Below are positions 39,439-49,617 of a stretch of DNA of 64,000 nt, in pieces. The notes below the pieces were generated by a model. It had not been told where the DNA came from. It was given only the letters and a program-made list of their open reading frames with translations, and ran no database searches. The DNA is from Euryarchaeota archaeon UBA202 (GTDB taxonomy: Archaea > Thermoplasmatota > E2 > UBA202), in NCBI GenBank assembly GCA_002502685.1, contig DAQA01000013.1, positions 2,202-66,201 of the forward strand. Reading direction: 5' to 3'. Position numbers and translations under genes: made by a program. Each line of letters opens with the position of its first letter. The first letter of the stretch is position 1.

Positions 39439-40338
39439 ATGACAGAAGAAAAGGAGTTATTTGCTTGTGGTCATCGAGCCTGTGCAGGGTGCAGTGAACC
39501 TATTGCTGTCCGTATGATTTTAGAGGAAGCTGGACCAAATACCATTGGCACAATTTGTACAGGGTGCCTGGAGGTGGTCTCTACAGGATGGCCTGAGACC
39601 GCTTGGGAAATACCCTTAATTCATGCGGCCTTTGAAAATTCTGCCTCAGTGGCTTCAGGTGTTGAGGTTGCTCTTCGGCAATTGGGCCGGGACGACACTC
39701 ATGTTATTGCCTTTGCAGGTGATGGAGGAACCTTTGATATTGGTCTGCAGGCACTATCAGGAATGCTTGAGAGAGGACATAAAATTCTTTATGTCTGCCT
39801 TGACAATGAGGCCTATATGAATACCGGTATTCAACGATGTTCCTCGACACCCTTGGGAACATCAACCACCACGTCGCCTGCAGGGACATATAGTATAGGT
39901 GAGGATCGACAGAAAAAACCTATTGGCGCTATTTGTGCAGCTCACTGTATTCCCTATACGGCCACGGCAACCATTGCCTATCCCCAGGATTTGAAAAAAA
40001 AGGTACGCAAAGCCTTAGCTGTGAATGGACCCTCTTTTCTCCATGTTTTGGTTCCCTGTCCTACAGGATGGAGGTTTTCCTCAGAAGAAACAGTGGAACT
40101 GGCTCGCTTAGCGGTGGAAACTGGTATCTTTGTCCTCTGGGAACTTGAGGGGGGTAATTTGCAAAACATTAAGGTGACAAAAAAACCAAAAACATGGCGA
40201 CCTGTGGAGGACTATCTCAAACAACAGGGACGCTACAAACACTTGTTTAAACCTAAAAAAAGACAGGATGTCATTGAGAAAATCCAACAGGACGTGGATC
40301 AAAAACTTATAGAATTGGGAATCACCAAGGAGACATAA
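39439..40338 (+). CDS. porB: 2-oxoacid:ferredoxin oxidoreductase beta subunit
   Basis: GHRACAGC, GDGG..DIG, DNEAYMNTGIQ and PCPTGW. Confidence 0.92.
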   Translation: MTEEKELFACGHRACAGCSEPIAVRMILEEAGPNTIGTICTGCLEVVSTGWPETAWEIPLIHAAFENSASVASGVEVALRQLGRDDTHVIAFAGDGGTFDIGLQALSGMLERGHKILYVCLDNEAYMNTGIQRCSSTPLGTSTTTSPAGTYSIGEDRQKKPIGAICAAHCIPYTATATIAYPQDLKKKVRKALAVNGPSFLHVLVPCPTGWRFSSEETVELARLAVETGIFVLWELEGGNLQNIKVTKKPKTWRPVEDYLKQQGRYKHLFKPKKRQDVIEKIQQDVDQKLIELGITKET

Positions 40339-40549
40339 ATACTCTTAAATAGTGCCTTCATACCTCCCTGTCTTCATTTATACAGACCACTTAATAGTAA
40401 TGTTACTGAAGATAAAATTAAGGGGTGAAAGTGACCAGGGTCATAAAAAGTGAAAGAAACTTTCCTTTATCACTATGCTGGATGATAAAAATAAAAATAC
40501 TATAAAATCCAAAAGAGATCCTTGTATTCAATAATGGAGGATAGGGCTT

Positions 40550-43372
40550 GTGACAAAAAAGATTATTATTAAGGGAGCACGGGAACATAACCTGAAAAAT
40601 ATTGATGTTGAGCTTCCCCGGGATAAGATCATTGTGATTTCTGGTCTTTCAGGATCAGGAAAATCCACCTTGGCTTTTGACACCATTTATGCCGAGGGAC
40701 AAAGAAGATATGTGGAATCACTCTCAGCGTATGCCCGACAGTTCTTGGGGTTGATGAGGAAACCCAATGTGGACAGTATTGAGGGTTTGTCACCTGCCAT
40801 CTCCATAGAGCAGAAAACAACGGGGAGGAATCCCCGTAGTACGGTGGGAACCATAACGGAGATCTATGATTATCTTCGGCTTCTCTTTGCCCGTATTGGT
40901 GTACCCTATTGCCCTGAGCATAACATCCCCATCGAATCACAATCTCCCGAAAGAATTGCGGAAAGAATTAGTCATGAACTCCAGGGAATGGTAATGCTTC
41001 TTGCTCCCCTTATTCGCCAAAAAAAAGGGACCTATGAACAGCTTTTCCAGCAACTTAACAGAAACGGGTATTCACGAGTCCGGGTGGGCAAAGTAATTTA
41101 CCGTACCCATGAAGATATACCCCTAGAACGTTATAAAAAACATGATATTGAAGTGGTCATTGACCGAGTATCTGTAGATGATACATCACGTCTCCGGGAG
41201 GCATGTGAAGATGCATTGGATATGTCTGATGGCCTTATTATTGCTGTTGATGAACAAAAAAAGGAGTATATTTACTCAGAGAAAATGGCATGCCCAAAAT
41301 GCGGCATTATATTTGAGGAATTACAACCACGGATGTTCTCATTTAACAGTCCCTTTGGTGCATGCCCGACGTGTCATGGCCTGGGGTTTAAAATGGAATT
41401 TGATCCTGATCTTATTGTTCCAGATAAATCATTATGCATTGCGGATGGAGCCATTGCTATTTACAGAAATATACGGGATGGATGGCGGGTTAAAATCTTA
41501 GGGGGTGTGGCTAAACATTTTGGTTTCGACTTGTTTACCCCCATTCAGGATTTAAATGAGAAGCAATACCAGGGTCTTATGTATGGCACTTCTGAAAAAA
41601 TAACCTTTTTCATGGTAAGTAAAAATGGTGAGGGACATTGGTCACATAAGGGGCCTTGGGAGGGATTGGTACCACAATCAAACCGTCTTTATCGGCAGAC
41701 AAAATCTGATTACCGGCGGCGTGACATGGAAAAATTTATGCGTATTTTTTCCTGTCCCGACTGCCAGGGTAAACGATTGAAACAAAAAGTTTTGGCGGTC
41801 AAAATCGGAGGGAAATCAATTATTGATATCACGGATTTATCCATTAAAAAATGTATTTCTTTTTTTTATGGTCTTTCAGTAACTGATAAACAATACGAGA
41901 TTGCTCGCCAGATTTTAAAGGAGATTCGGGAAAGACTGCGGTTTCTTGACAATGTGGGATTAGGATATCTTACCCTATCCCGGAATTCTCGGACACTTTC
42001 AGGAGGTGAAGCCCAAAGGATACGCTTGGCGACACAGATTGGATCCAACTTGATGGGTGTTCTCTATATCCTTGATGAACCATCCATTGGGTTGCATCAA
42101 AGGGATAATAAAAAACTTATCCAGACACTTTATCAATTAAGGGATATGGGAAATACTCTCATTATTGTGGAGCATGACGAGGAAACTATCAGGAGTGCAG
42201 ATTACGTAATAGATATGGGTCCGGGGGCCGGCATACATGGGGGAAAAATTATTGCCCAGGGGACTCCACAAGAGATCGAAAATAATCCACGATCTATTAC
42301 AGGACAATATCTCTCAGGTAAAATGTGGATCGATATCCCTGAAAAACGAAGGATGCCCCATAACTATGTCTGGATTACCCAGTGCCAGGAGCATAATCTA
42401 AAAAATATCACGGTGGGGGTACCCATTGGCGTTCTCACAGTAATTACCGGGGTATCAGGAAGTGGAAAGTCCACTCTTATTTATGACATTCTGTACAAGG
42501 CATTGATGAAAAAACTTCATGGATCCCGGGTCAGCCCCGGAAAACATGAATCCATACAATATGATAACAAGATAGATAAAGTAATTGTGATTGATCAAAG
42601 CCCCATTGGAAAGACACCCCGGAGCAATCCTGCAACCTATACCAAGGTGTTTGATGAAATCCGGAAGATATTTGTCCAAATACCTGAGGCAAAGATAAGG
42701 GGTTATAAACCGGGAAGGTTCTCCTTTAATGTCAAGGGAGGGCGTTGCGAAGCGTGCCATGGTGATGGATCCATCAAAATAGAAATGAATTTTTTACCCG
42801 ATATCTATGTGGAATGTGAAGAATGTAAAGGCAAACGATATAATCGGGAAACACTAGAGGTAAAATATAAGGGAAAAACCATTGCCGATGTCTTGGATAT
42901 GAGTGTAGAGGAAAATCTGCACCTCTTTAAAAATATTCCCTATATCAGAAAAAAACTAGACGTGTTATCACAAGTGGGCTTGGGATATATTAAGCTGGGG
43001 CAAAGCTCAACCACCCTTTCAGGGGGCGAGGCGCAACGAATTAAACTAACCCGGGAATTATCCAAAAAAAGCACGGGGAAAACCCTCTATTTGCTTGATG
43101 AACCCACGACGGGTCTTCATTTTCACGATGTCAAAAAACTTATCATGGTACTCAATAAACTAGTTGATAAAGGAAACACTGTTGTAGTAATTGAACATAA
43201 CATCGAGGTGATTAAATCAGCTGATTATATTATTGACCTGGGCCCTGAAGGAGGGGAACAGGGTGGAGAAATCGTGGCGGAGGGAGCACCGGAAAAGATT
43301 GTTAAATCACCACGGAGTTACACGGGAAAAATTCTTAAAAAATATATGGATAAAAAAACAAAAAATGATTGA
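40550..43372 (+). CDS. uvrA: Excinuclease ABC subunit A
   Basis: GAREHNLKN, two ABC modules ([17 protein letters not shown]) and zinc fingers. Confidence 0.97.
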   Translation: MTKKIIIKGAREHNLKNIDVELPRDKIIVISGLSGSGKSTLAFDTIYAEGQRRYVESLSAYARQFLGLMRKPNVDSIEGLSPAISIEQKTTGRNPRSTVGTITEIYDYLRLLFARIGVPYCPEHNIPIESQSPERIAERISHELQGMVMLLAPLIRQKKGTYEQLFQQLNRNGYSRVRVGKVIYRTHEDIPLERYKKHDIEVVIDRVSVDDTSRLREACEDALDMSDGLIIAVDEQKKEYIYSEKMACPKCGIIFEELQPRMFSFNSPFGACPTCHGLGFKMEFDPDLIVPDKSLCIADGAIAIYRNIRDGWRVKILGGVAKHFGFDLFTPIQDLNEKQYQGLMYGTSEKITFFMVSKNGEGHWSHKGPWEGLVPQSNRLYRQTKSDYRRRDMEKFMRIFSCPDCQGKRLKQKVLAVKIGGKSIIDITDLSIKKCISFFYGLSVTDKQYEIARQILKEIRERLRFLDNVGLGYLTLSRNSRTLSGGEAQRIRLATQIGSNLMGVLYILDEPSIGLHQRDNKKLIQTLYQLRDMGNTLIIVEHDEETIRSADYVIDMGPGAGIHGGKIIAQGTPQEIENNPRSITGQYLSGKMWIDIPEKRRMPHNYVWITQCQEHNLKNITVGVPIGVLTVITGVSGSGKSTLIYDILYKALMKKLHGSRVSPGKHESIQYDNKIDKVIVIDQSPIGKTPRSNPATYTKVFDEIRKIFVQIPEAKIRGYKPGRFSFNVKGGRCEACHGDGSIKIEMNFLPDIYVECEECKGKRYNRETLEVKYKGKTIADVLDMSVEENLHLFKNIPYIRKKLDVLSQVGLGYIKLGQSSTTLSGGEAQRIKLTRELSKKSTGKTLYLLDEPTTGLHFHDVKKLIMVLNKLVDKGNTVVVIEHNIEVIKSADYIIDLGPEGGEQGGEIVAEGAPEKIVKSPRSYTGKILKKYMDKKTKND

Positions 43373-44915
43373 TCCAGATAGTCTTCCCTCAAATCCGGGA
43401 TGTTACCTATTTAAGAACACAAAAAAACAAGTTCTATATGTGGGTAAAGCAAAAAATCTTAAAAAACGGGTGAAAACATATTATCAAAAAAATGAACTTG
43501 ATGCTAAAACACAACGCCTCATCGATACCAGCACCAGTCTTGATTTTTTTGTCACAGAGAATGAAACAGAAGCCCTAATATTAGAAAACACCTTAATAAA
43601 AAAATATCTTCCTCGCTACAATATCCGTCTTCGTGATGCAAAAACCTATGCATTCATTCGTCTGACAATCGATACCTTTCCTCGGTTGATGATCGCCCGA
43701 AAAAAAAGTGGATCGGGGATATTCTATGGTCCTTTTGTCTCCGCCCAGGAAAGAGATTATATCCTAAATTTTTTAAATAAGACATTTCGCCTTCGCACTT
43801 GTAAAAAAATGCCCAAAAAACCCTGTTTAAGATCTCACATCAAATTATGTGACGCACCCTGTATAAATAATATTGCTCCTCAGGAATACCAAAAAAGAAT
43901 TGAAAAAACAAAACTTATTTTGAATGGAAAAACCAAACATCTTCTTAAAAAACTAGTAAAAGAAATGAACCAATTATCCCAGGAACAAAATTATGAAAAA
44001 GCCTTGGAGATACGAAATCAAATCTCTGCCATACAAAGATTAAGTGAACATCAGAATATGCAACGTGAAATAAAACATGATGAAGATATTTTGAATTATG
44101 TAGTAAAGGATGACGCTGTATACCTTATGTTGTTTAATGTTTCCAAGGGAATTGTAACCACAAAAAATGAATATGTTTTTGAGTATAATCCTGATTTTTA
44201 CGAGGAATTTTTGGTTCAATACTATTCAGAAAAACCAGTTCCCCCAGAACTTATTATTCCCCAAGGAATCTCCTCCCCATTAAAGGATTTTTTACAAAAA
44301 AAAAGCCAAAGGAAAATTATTATTACAGTTCCCCTTAGAGGATCTAAAAAACAACTTCTTGATCTCGTGAAAAAAAATATTGAAGGAGTTTTTTTTGCAG
44401 GAGCCATAAAAATGGAAAAACTGGGGAAACAACTTGGTCTCCATGACATACCCCAAGTGATAGAATGTTTTGATATATCCCATCTCTCCGGGACATCAAC
44501 AGTGGGATCCATGGTCCAATTTCGGAATGGAAAACCTGATAAAAATAACTATAGACGATTTAAAATACGGACTGTGGACACAATCGATGATTATGCAGCC
44601 ATCAGAGAAATCATAAGACGACGATATACTCGCTTAAAACAAACAAATGGACCCTATCCAGATCTTATCATTATCGACGGGGGACGGGGACAATTAAATG
44701 GCGCGCGGGCTGAACTGGAAACACTGGGAGTTAATATTCCCATAATCTCAATTGCAAAAAAAGAAGAAGATATCTATTTGCCCAATATCCCTATACCCCT
44801 TAGGTTATCCTCAAAAAATAAGGCTCTTCATGCCATCCAGGAAATACGTGATGAAGCACATCGATTTGCGATTAAATATAACAGATTGCTGCGAAAGAAA
44901 AGCATGATATCATGA
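43365..44915 (+). CDS. uvrC: Excinuclease ABC subunit C, lacking the C-terminal HhH2 domain
   Basis: GIY-YIG domain ([12 protein letters not shown]), ECFDISH, IDGGRGQ and RDEAHRFA. Confidence 0.95.
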   Translation: MIDPDSLPSNPGCYLFKNTKKQVLYVGKAKNLKKRVKTYYQKNELDAKTQRLIDTSTSLDFFVTENETEALILENTLIKKYLPRYNIRLRDAKTYAFIRLTIDTFPRLMIARKKSGSGIFYGPFVSAQERDYILNFLNKTFRLRTCKKMPKKPCLRSHIKLCDAPCINNIAPQEYQKRIEKTKLILNGKTKHLLKKLVKEMNQLSQEQNYEKALEIRNQISAIQRLSEHQNMQREIKHDEDILNYVVKDDAVYLMLFNVSKGIVTTKNEYVFEYNPDFYEEFLVQYYSEKPVPPELIIPQGISSPLKDFLQKKSQRKIIITVPLRGSKKQLLDLVKKNIEGVFFAGAIKMEKLGKQLGLHDIPQVIECFDISHLSGTSTVGSMVQFRNGKPDKNNYRRFKIRTVDTIDDYAAIREIIRRRYTRLKQTNGPYPDLIIIDGGRGQLNGARAELETLGVNIPIISIAKKEEDIYLPNIPIPLRLSSKNKALHAIQEIRDEAHRFAIKYNRLLRKKSMIS

Positions 44916-46846
44916 AACGATTTAAGCTGGTAACAGATCTTATCCCCCATGGATCACAGCCCTTTGCCATACAGAAACTTACCCAGGGTATAAAAAAAGG
45001 AAAACGCCGCCAAACGCTTCTTGGCGTCACTGGCTCAGGTAAAACTTTTACCATGGCAAATGTGATACAAAAGATACAAAAACCCACCTTGGTGATTGCC
45101 CATAACAAGACGCTTGCAGTACAGCTTTACAATGAATTCCAGGATTTTTTTCCCGAGAATAGGGTGGAATACTTTGTCTCGTATTACGATTATTACCAAC
45201 CAGAATCCTATATTCCCCAGAAGGATCAGTATATCGAAAAAGATGCAGATATCAATCCAAAGATTGAGCAAATGCGATTGGCGACCACTGCCTCTCTTCT
45301 GTCAAGAAATGATGTCATTGTGGTTGCCTCAGTATCATGTATCTACAGCGCTGGTGACCCCCGGGATTATCATGAGATGGGATTTGATGCTGAAGTAGGA
45401 GAGACCATTCCCCGAAAGATGCTTTTACGGAAACTCATTGAGAGCCAATATGAAAGAAATGATTATGCCATGAAGCCAGGGCGTTTTCGGGTTAAAGGCG
45501 ACACGATCGATATCATTCCAGGTTATTACTATAATATTATTCGTATTGAGTTGTTTGGTGACGAGGTTGAAAAAATCAGGGAGATCCACAGGGTGACAGG
45601 TGAAACATTGGATGTTTTTCCCTATTATTATTTTTTTCCAGCTAAGCATTTTGTGATCTCTGAAAGGAAAAAAAATCAGGCTGTTCAATCAATAAAAAAA
45701 GAATTAACGGAGCGGCTACCTGCACTTGATGCACTGGCGGCCCATCGTCTTAAACAGCGTACCTTATTTGATATTGAGATGATCGAAGAAACAGGACACT
45801 GTAAAGGTATTGAGAACTATTCCCGTCATTTTGATAACAGGAAACCTGGAGAAAAGCCCTATTGTCTTCTTGATTATTTTCCCCATGATTTCTTAATGTT
45901 CATTGATGAAAGCCATCGGACGATTCCACAGATCCGGGGAATGTATCATGGTGACCATTCCCGAAAAAAAACACTGGTGGATTATGGATTTCGGCTACCC
46001 AGTGCATTTGATAATCGTCCCTTGAATTTTCAGGAATTTGAAGGATATATGGAACGGGTTATTTTTGTATCAGCAACCCCTGGAGAGTATGAACTGGATA
46101 AATCTTTCCAGGTGGTGGAACAAATTATTCGTCCAACCGGTCTTCTTGATCCACATATCGAAATACGAAAAATAACGGGTCAAATACAGGACCTCATAAA
46201 AGAGATTACCGCAACCATCCAAAAAGGAGAAAGAGTCCTTGTGACCACTCTTACCAAAAAGCTTGCCGAGGAGCTATCAAATTATCTTGCCGGCAAGAAT
46301 ATACAGACGCGGTATCTTCATTCAGAGATTGACACTCTTGATAGAACCGAGATCATCAGACAATTGAGATTGGGTGAATTTGATGTTTTAGTGGGGATTA
46401 ATCTACTCCGGGAGGGACTTGACATCCCAGAGGTAGGATTCATTGGTATTCTTGATGCAGATAAAGAAGGTTTTCTTCGCGATCAACGAAGCCTCATCCA
46501 GATCATTGGGCGAGCGGCACGTAATGCTAACTCTAAGGTTATACTGTATGCCGATAACCTGACAGAATCCATAAAAAATGCTGTAGAGGAGACGAATCGC
46601 CGGCGAAGAATACAGGAGGAATTTAATCTCAAGCATCAAATCATACCCCAAACCATTATTAAACCCATCAAGGAAAAAACTGTGGATATCAAGGATACAA
46701 AACATATACCCAAGAAAGAGATACCCCCGATGATTATCAATCTTGAGGCAGAAATGAAGGTGGCAGCGGATAATCTGGATTTTGAAACCGCGATAACCCT
46801 TCGTGAAAAAATAAAGAAACTACAAAAAACACTCACAAGCCAATAA
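44912..46846 (+). CDS. uvrB: Excinuclease ABC subunit B
   Basis: GVTGSGKT, YYDYYQPE, DESH, INLLREGLD and a C-terminal UVR domain. Confidence 0.97.
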   Translation: MKRFKLVTDLIPHGSQPFAIQKLTQGIKKGKRRQTLLGVTGSGKTFTMANVIQKIQKPTLVIAHNKTLAVQLYNEFQDFFPENRVEYFVSYYDYYQPESYIPQKDQYIEKDADINPKIEQMRLATTASLLSRNDVIVVASVSCIYSAGDPRDYHEMGFDAEVGETIPRKMLLRKLIESQYERNDYAMKPGRFRVKGDTIDIIPGYYYNIIRIELFGDEVEKIREIHRVTGETLDVFPYYYFFPAKHFVISERKKNQAVQSIKKELTERLPALDALAAHRLKQRTLFDIEMIEETGHCKGIENYSRHFDNRKPGEKPYCLLDYFPHDFLMFIDESHRTIPQIRGMYHGDHSRKKTLVDYGFRLPSAFDNRPLNFQEFEGYMERVIFVSATPGEYELDKSFQVVEQIIRPTGLLDPHIEIRKITGQIQDLIKEITATIQKGERVLVTTLTKKLAEELSNYLAGKNIQTRYLHSEIDTLDRTEIIRQLRLGEFDVLVGINLLREGLDIPEVGFIGILDADKEGFLRDQRSLIQIIGRAARNANSKVILYADNLTESIKNAVEETNRRRRIQEEFNLKHQIIPQTIIKPIKEKTVDIKDTKHIPKKEIPPMIINLEAEMKVAADNLDFETAITLREKIKKLQKTLTSQ

Positions 46847-46966
46847 AAATAAAAAAAAGAAAACGGGATTCCATGACCCATAAAAAAGGGGGAATTGCAT
46901 ATCTTTTTTTTGTCTCTTTTCTCTTTTTTGGATACATTTTTAAACAGGCAGGAAATTAGTTATCCC

Positions 46967-47440
46967 ATGGATATCGAACAATTATTAAAGATTGCAATAA
47001 AATCGGAGATAAATGCTGCAGAAATCTATAAAAAAATGGCTGATAAAACAAAGATTGTTTTCCTAAAAGACAAACTTAATTTTTTGGCAAATGAAGAGAG
47101 TAGCCATAGAAATCTGTTGGAAAAACTTTTCGAGACTAAGTTTTCCCATGAACCACAAAAATTAGATGGTGATATGGAAACACCGCTTCCCGAGCTGACA
47201 ATAACTGATGATATGCTCATTTCTGATATGCTTACTCAAGCCATGGAAGCAGAAAAAAAAGCATCAGATTTCTACAAGAATCTTAAACAAAATTTTGAAG
47301 AAGAAAAAGAAAAATCCATGGCGCGGTATCTTTCCCATATGGAAAAATCACATTATTATCTTTTAAAAAGTGAGCTTGAGCTTTTCCATAATTTTGAGCT
47401 GTATGACGAAGTCCATATGATGATGCATGTCGGACCCTAG
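46967..47440 (+). CDS. Rubrerythrin-like ferritin-fold protein
   Basis: AIKSE...Y, EESSH, AMEAE...FY and MEKSH diiron motifs. Confidence 0.85.
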   Translation: MDIEQLLKIAIKSEINAAEIYKKMADKTKIVFLKDKLNFLANEESSHRNLLEKLFETKFSHEPQKLDGDMETPLPELTITDDMLISDMLTQAMEAEKKASDFYKNLKQNFEEEKEKSMARYLSHMEKSHYYLLKSELELFHNFELYDEVHMMMHVGP

Positions 47441-47528
47441 AGGTATCCAGCCTGGTTTTGAAGGATTACGCCATAAGTTAGGAGGGGTAGCCGATTTGCT
47501 GATAAGGTGGACGCTCTATATTCGTGCT

Positions 47529-48392
47529 CTATGGGAGAGGATCTATATGGACAGTGGGTTCAATTTGGCATTTCGTCCTTAGCTCATCTTCAATGAATGC
47601 AACAATATCATGTGCTTCCTCAAGATTCATATGTGCCGGCAGCATGATATGTAATGTTACTTCCACATGATCACCATATCTATGAACACGGAGATGATGC
47701 ACATGAGACACCTGGGGAAAATTATGATAGATTATTTCTTTTATTTTTTTATCAAGGGATGTATCAGGAGCTTCCCCTAGCATTGATTCGATAGATTTCT
47801 TTAAGATATCAAATGTCACATATCCAATTAAAAGTGAGATACCAAGTGCCATGACACCATCAATCCACCAGTAACGGGTACCTACAAGGGCACCTATAAT
47901 AATGAGTCCTGATGTAATGGCATCACTACGGTGATGCCATCCATCGGCAATAAGGCTAGAGGAATTAATTTTTTTCCCTATCCGGAGGGTATATTGTGCT
48001 AACGCCTCTTTGATAATTACGGAAAAAAGAAGAACAATGATGGCGATGTCTCCAAACGTGGCTGATTCACCCTGCCAAAGTCTTTCTATAGCCCGGGTGA
48101 AAAACGTAAATGCCACTACTGCAAGGAGTGTACCAATAATCAAGGTCCCAATTTCTTCTGCTCTTCCGTGTCCAAAGGGATGCTGTTTATCTGGCGGCTT
48201 TGAAGAAATCCAGAAACCCAACATGACAATAATGGAGGTTAACGTATCCGAAAGGCTATGCCATGCATCTGCCTGTATGGCGATCGAATGAAATGTGGTT
48301 CCCACCCAGTATTTACCCACAAAAAGGATAACATTAATGATGATAGAAATCCCTGCCACAAAATAGCCAAGAGATTTTCTTGTGGGGAACAT
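47529..48392 (-). CDS. Cation diffusion facilitator (FieF-like) transporter
   Basis: DAWHSLSD, HPFGHGRAE, ADGWHHRSD and AHDI...HIDP. Confidence 0.93.
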   Translation of the reverse strand: MFPTRKSLGYFVAGISIIINVILFVGKYWVGTTFHSIAIQADAWHSLSDTLTSIIVMLGFWISSKPPDKQHPFGHGRAEEIGTLIIGTLLAVVAFTFFTRAIERLWQGESATFGDIAIIVLLFSVIIKEALAQYTLRIGKKINSSSLIADGWHHRSDAITSGLIIIGALVGTRYWWIDGVMALGISLLIGYVTFDILKKSIESMLGEAPDTSLDKKIKEIIYHNFPQVSHVHHLRVHRYGDHVEVTLHIMLPAHMNLEEAHDIVAFIEDELRTKCQIEPTVHIDPLP

Positions 48393-48715
48393 GATAAAAA
48401 CACCTAGTTATATCCTGATAAATAAACAAGAGTATAATTATTAAAATTTGCGAAAAAAAAAGAAGATAAGAAGATTGATTCTGAAAAAAAATGGTTATAT
48501 AAACAAAAAAAAAGAAAAATAACACCTAGAGGATATGTGTACAGATAGAGATAAAACTGTTGATAAAAAAAAATCCTTAGGGAAGCTAACAGAAAAGATA
48601 TTAAACGAGTGATTACATTTTTTAGGATAAGTAAAAAATGGAAAAAAAAGATACGTAAAGCCCTTACTGACCAAAAAAAAAATAATGGATCAGAAAATAA
48701 AAAAGGAGATAGAAA

Positions 48716-48933
48716 ATGAATATCTTTGTGACCACCTTTGAATCCGTTATTGTCCTTTTGGGAATTGGGTTTCTTGGATTTTGGGTTATACGAAAAAAGC
48801 TTATCCCGGGAAATATCATTGGATTGCTATCTCCTCTTGCTTTGGATATTGCCCTCCCCAGTTTTATTTTTGTAAATATCATACAAAACTTCAACCCCGG
48901 GGAAGCTTCTGACTGGTGGACCCTTCCTCTCTG
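48716..48933 (+). pseudogene. N-terminal fragment of an AEC-family transporter
   Basis: FESVIVLLGIGFLGFW...LALDIALPSFIF...WWTLPL, after which similarity ends abruptly. Confidence 0.65.
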
Positions 48934-48980
48934 TGAATGGCAAAATCTAATATTTCTTCAACAGATGCAAATTTTTCCAT
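48923..48980 (-). pseudogene. N-terminal fragment of a rubrerythrin/ferritin-like gene
   Basis: GGTGA ribosome-binding site, then ATG 48980 giving MEKFASVEEILDFAIHREE, which runs into the AEC fragment. Confidence 0.55.
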
Positions 48981-49155
48981 TGTTTCACCCTTCCATGACA
49001 AACTTGCTTCTCTATAGAAAGGACACGGATGTTATAGGGAAGATATCATGACAGATTTGTAGTAATGAGTATCCCTATAAATTATTTTTGTGTAACGAAA
49101 CATTTAGATTTATAAGGCCTCTTTCGTTATCGAATAAAAAATAGATAGATGACAC

Positions 49156-49617
49156 ATGATGACCGTTGTGGAAACAATAACCAGATTAAAATTTTATCCC
49201 CATAGATGCACAGGGTGCAGAGAATGTGAACGGGCATGCTCACAGGTGCATTTCAAAACAAAGGAAGGGGGAGACAAATCAGCTCTCCGGATCAAGGAAA
49301 AAAAAGGAATTTATAGTATCCATGTGTGCGACCAGCGGGGTTTATGCTTGGACATGTGCCCGGTGGGGGCATTAACCCGGCGAAAGAATGGTGCTGTCTG
49401 GCTTGACAAGAAAACCTGTATTGGATGTCAAGCATGTGTCGGATTCTGCCCCATTGGAGCCATGAAAAAAGCCAAGGAGAGAATCGAGCCCTTCAAATGT
49501 ATCTCGTGTGGATCCTGTGTCCGTGCATGTCCTGAAGAAGCCCTGGAGCTCATCACGGTACCCCTTGAGGAAAAAAAAGAGATAGTGTATCATGAATTGG
49601 GAGCCAAAAACAAATGA
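49156..49617 (+). CDS. 4Fe-4S polyferredoxin subunit of the AOR operon
   Basis: Multiple CxxCxxCxxxC motifs; ATGA overlap with AOR. Confidence 0.9.
   Translation: MMTVVETITRLKFYPHRCTGCRECERACSQVHFKTKEGGDKSALRIKEKKGIYSIHVCDQRGLCLDMCPVGALTRRKNGAVWLDKKTCIGCQACVGFCPIGAMKKAKERIEPFKCISCGSCVRACPEEALELITVPLEEKKEIVYHELGAKNK

Noticed and set aside
47400..47440. C-terminal tail of the ferritin-like protein as an encapsulin cargo-loading peptide
   Set aside because: MMHVGP does not match the L-x-[IV]-GSL consensus, and there is no encapsulin gene in the window.
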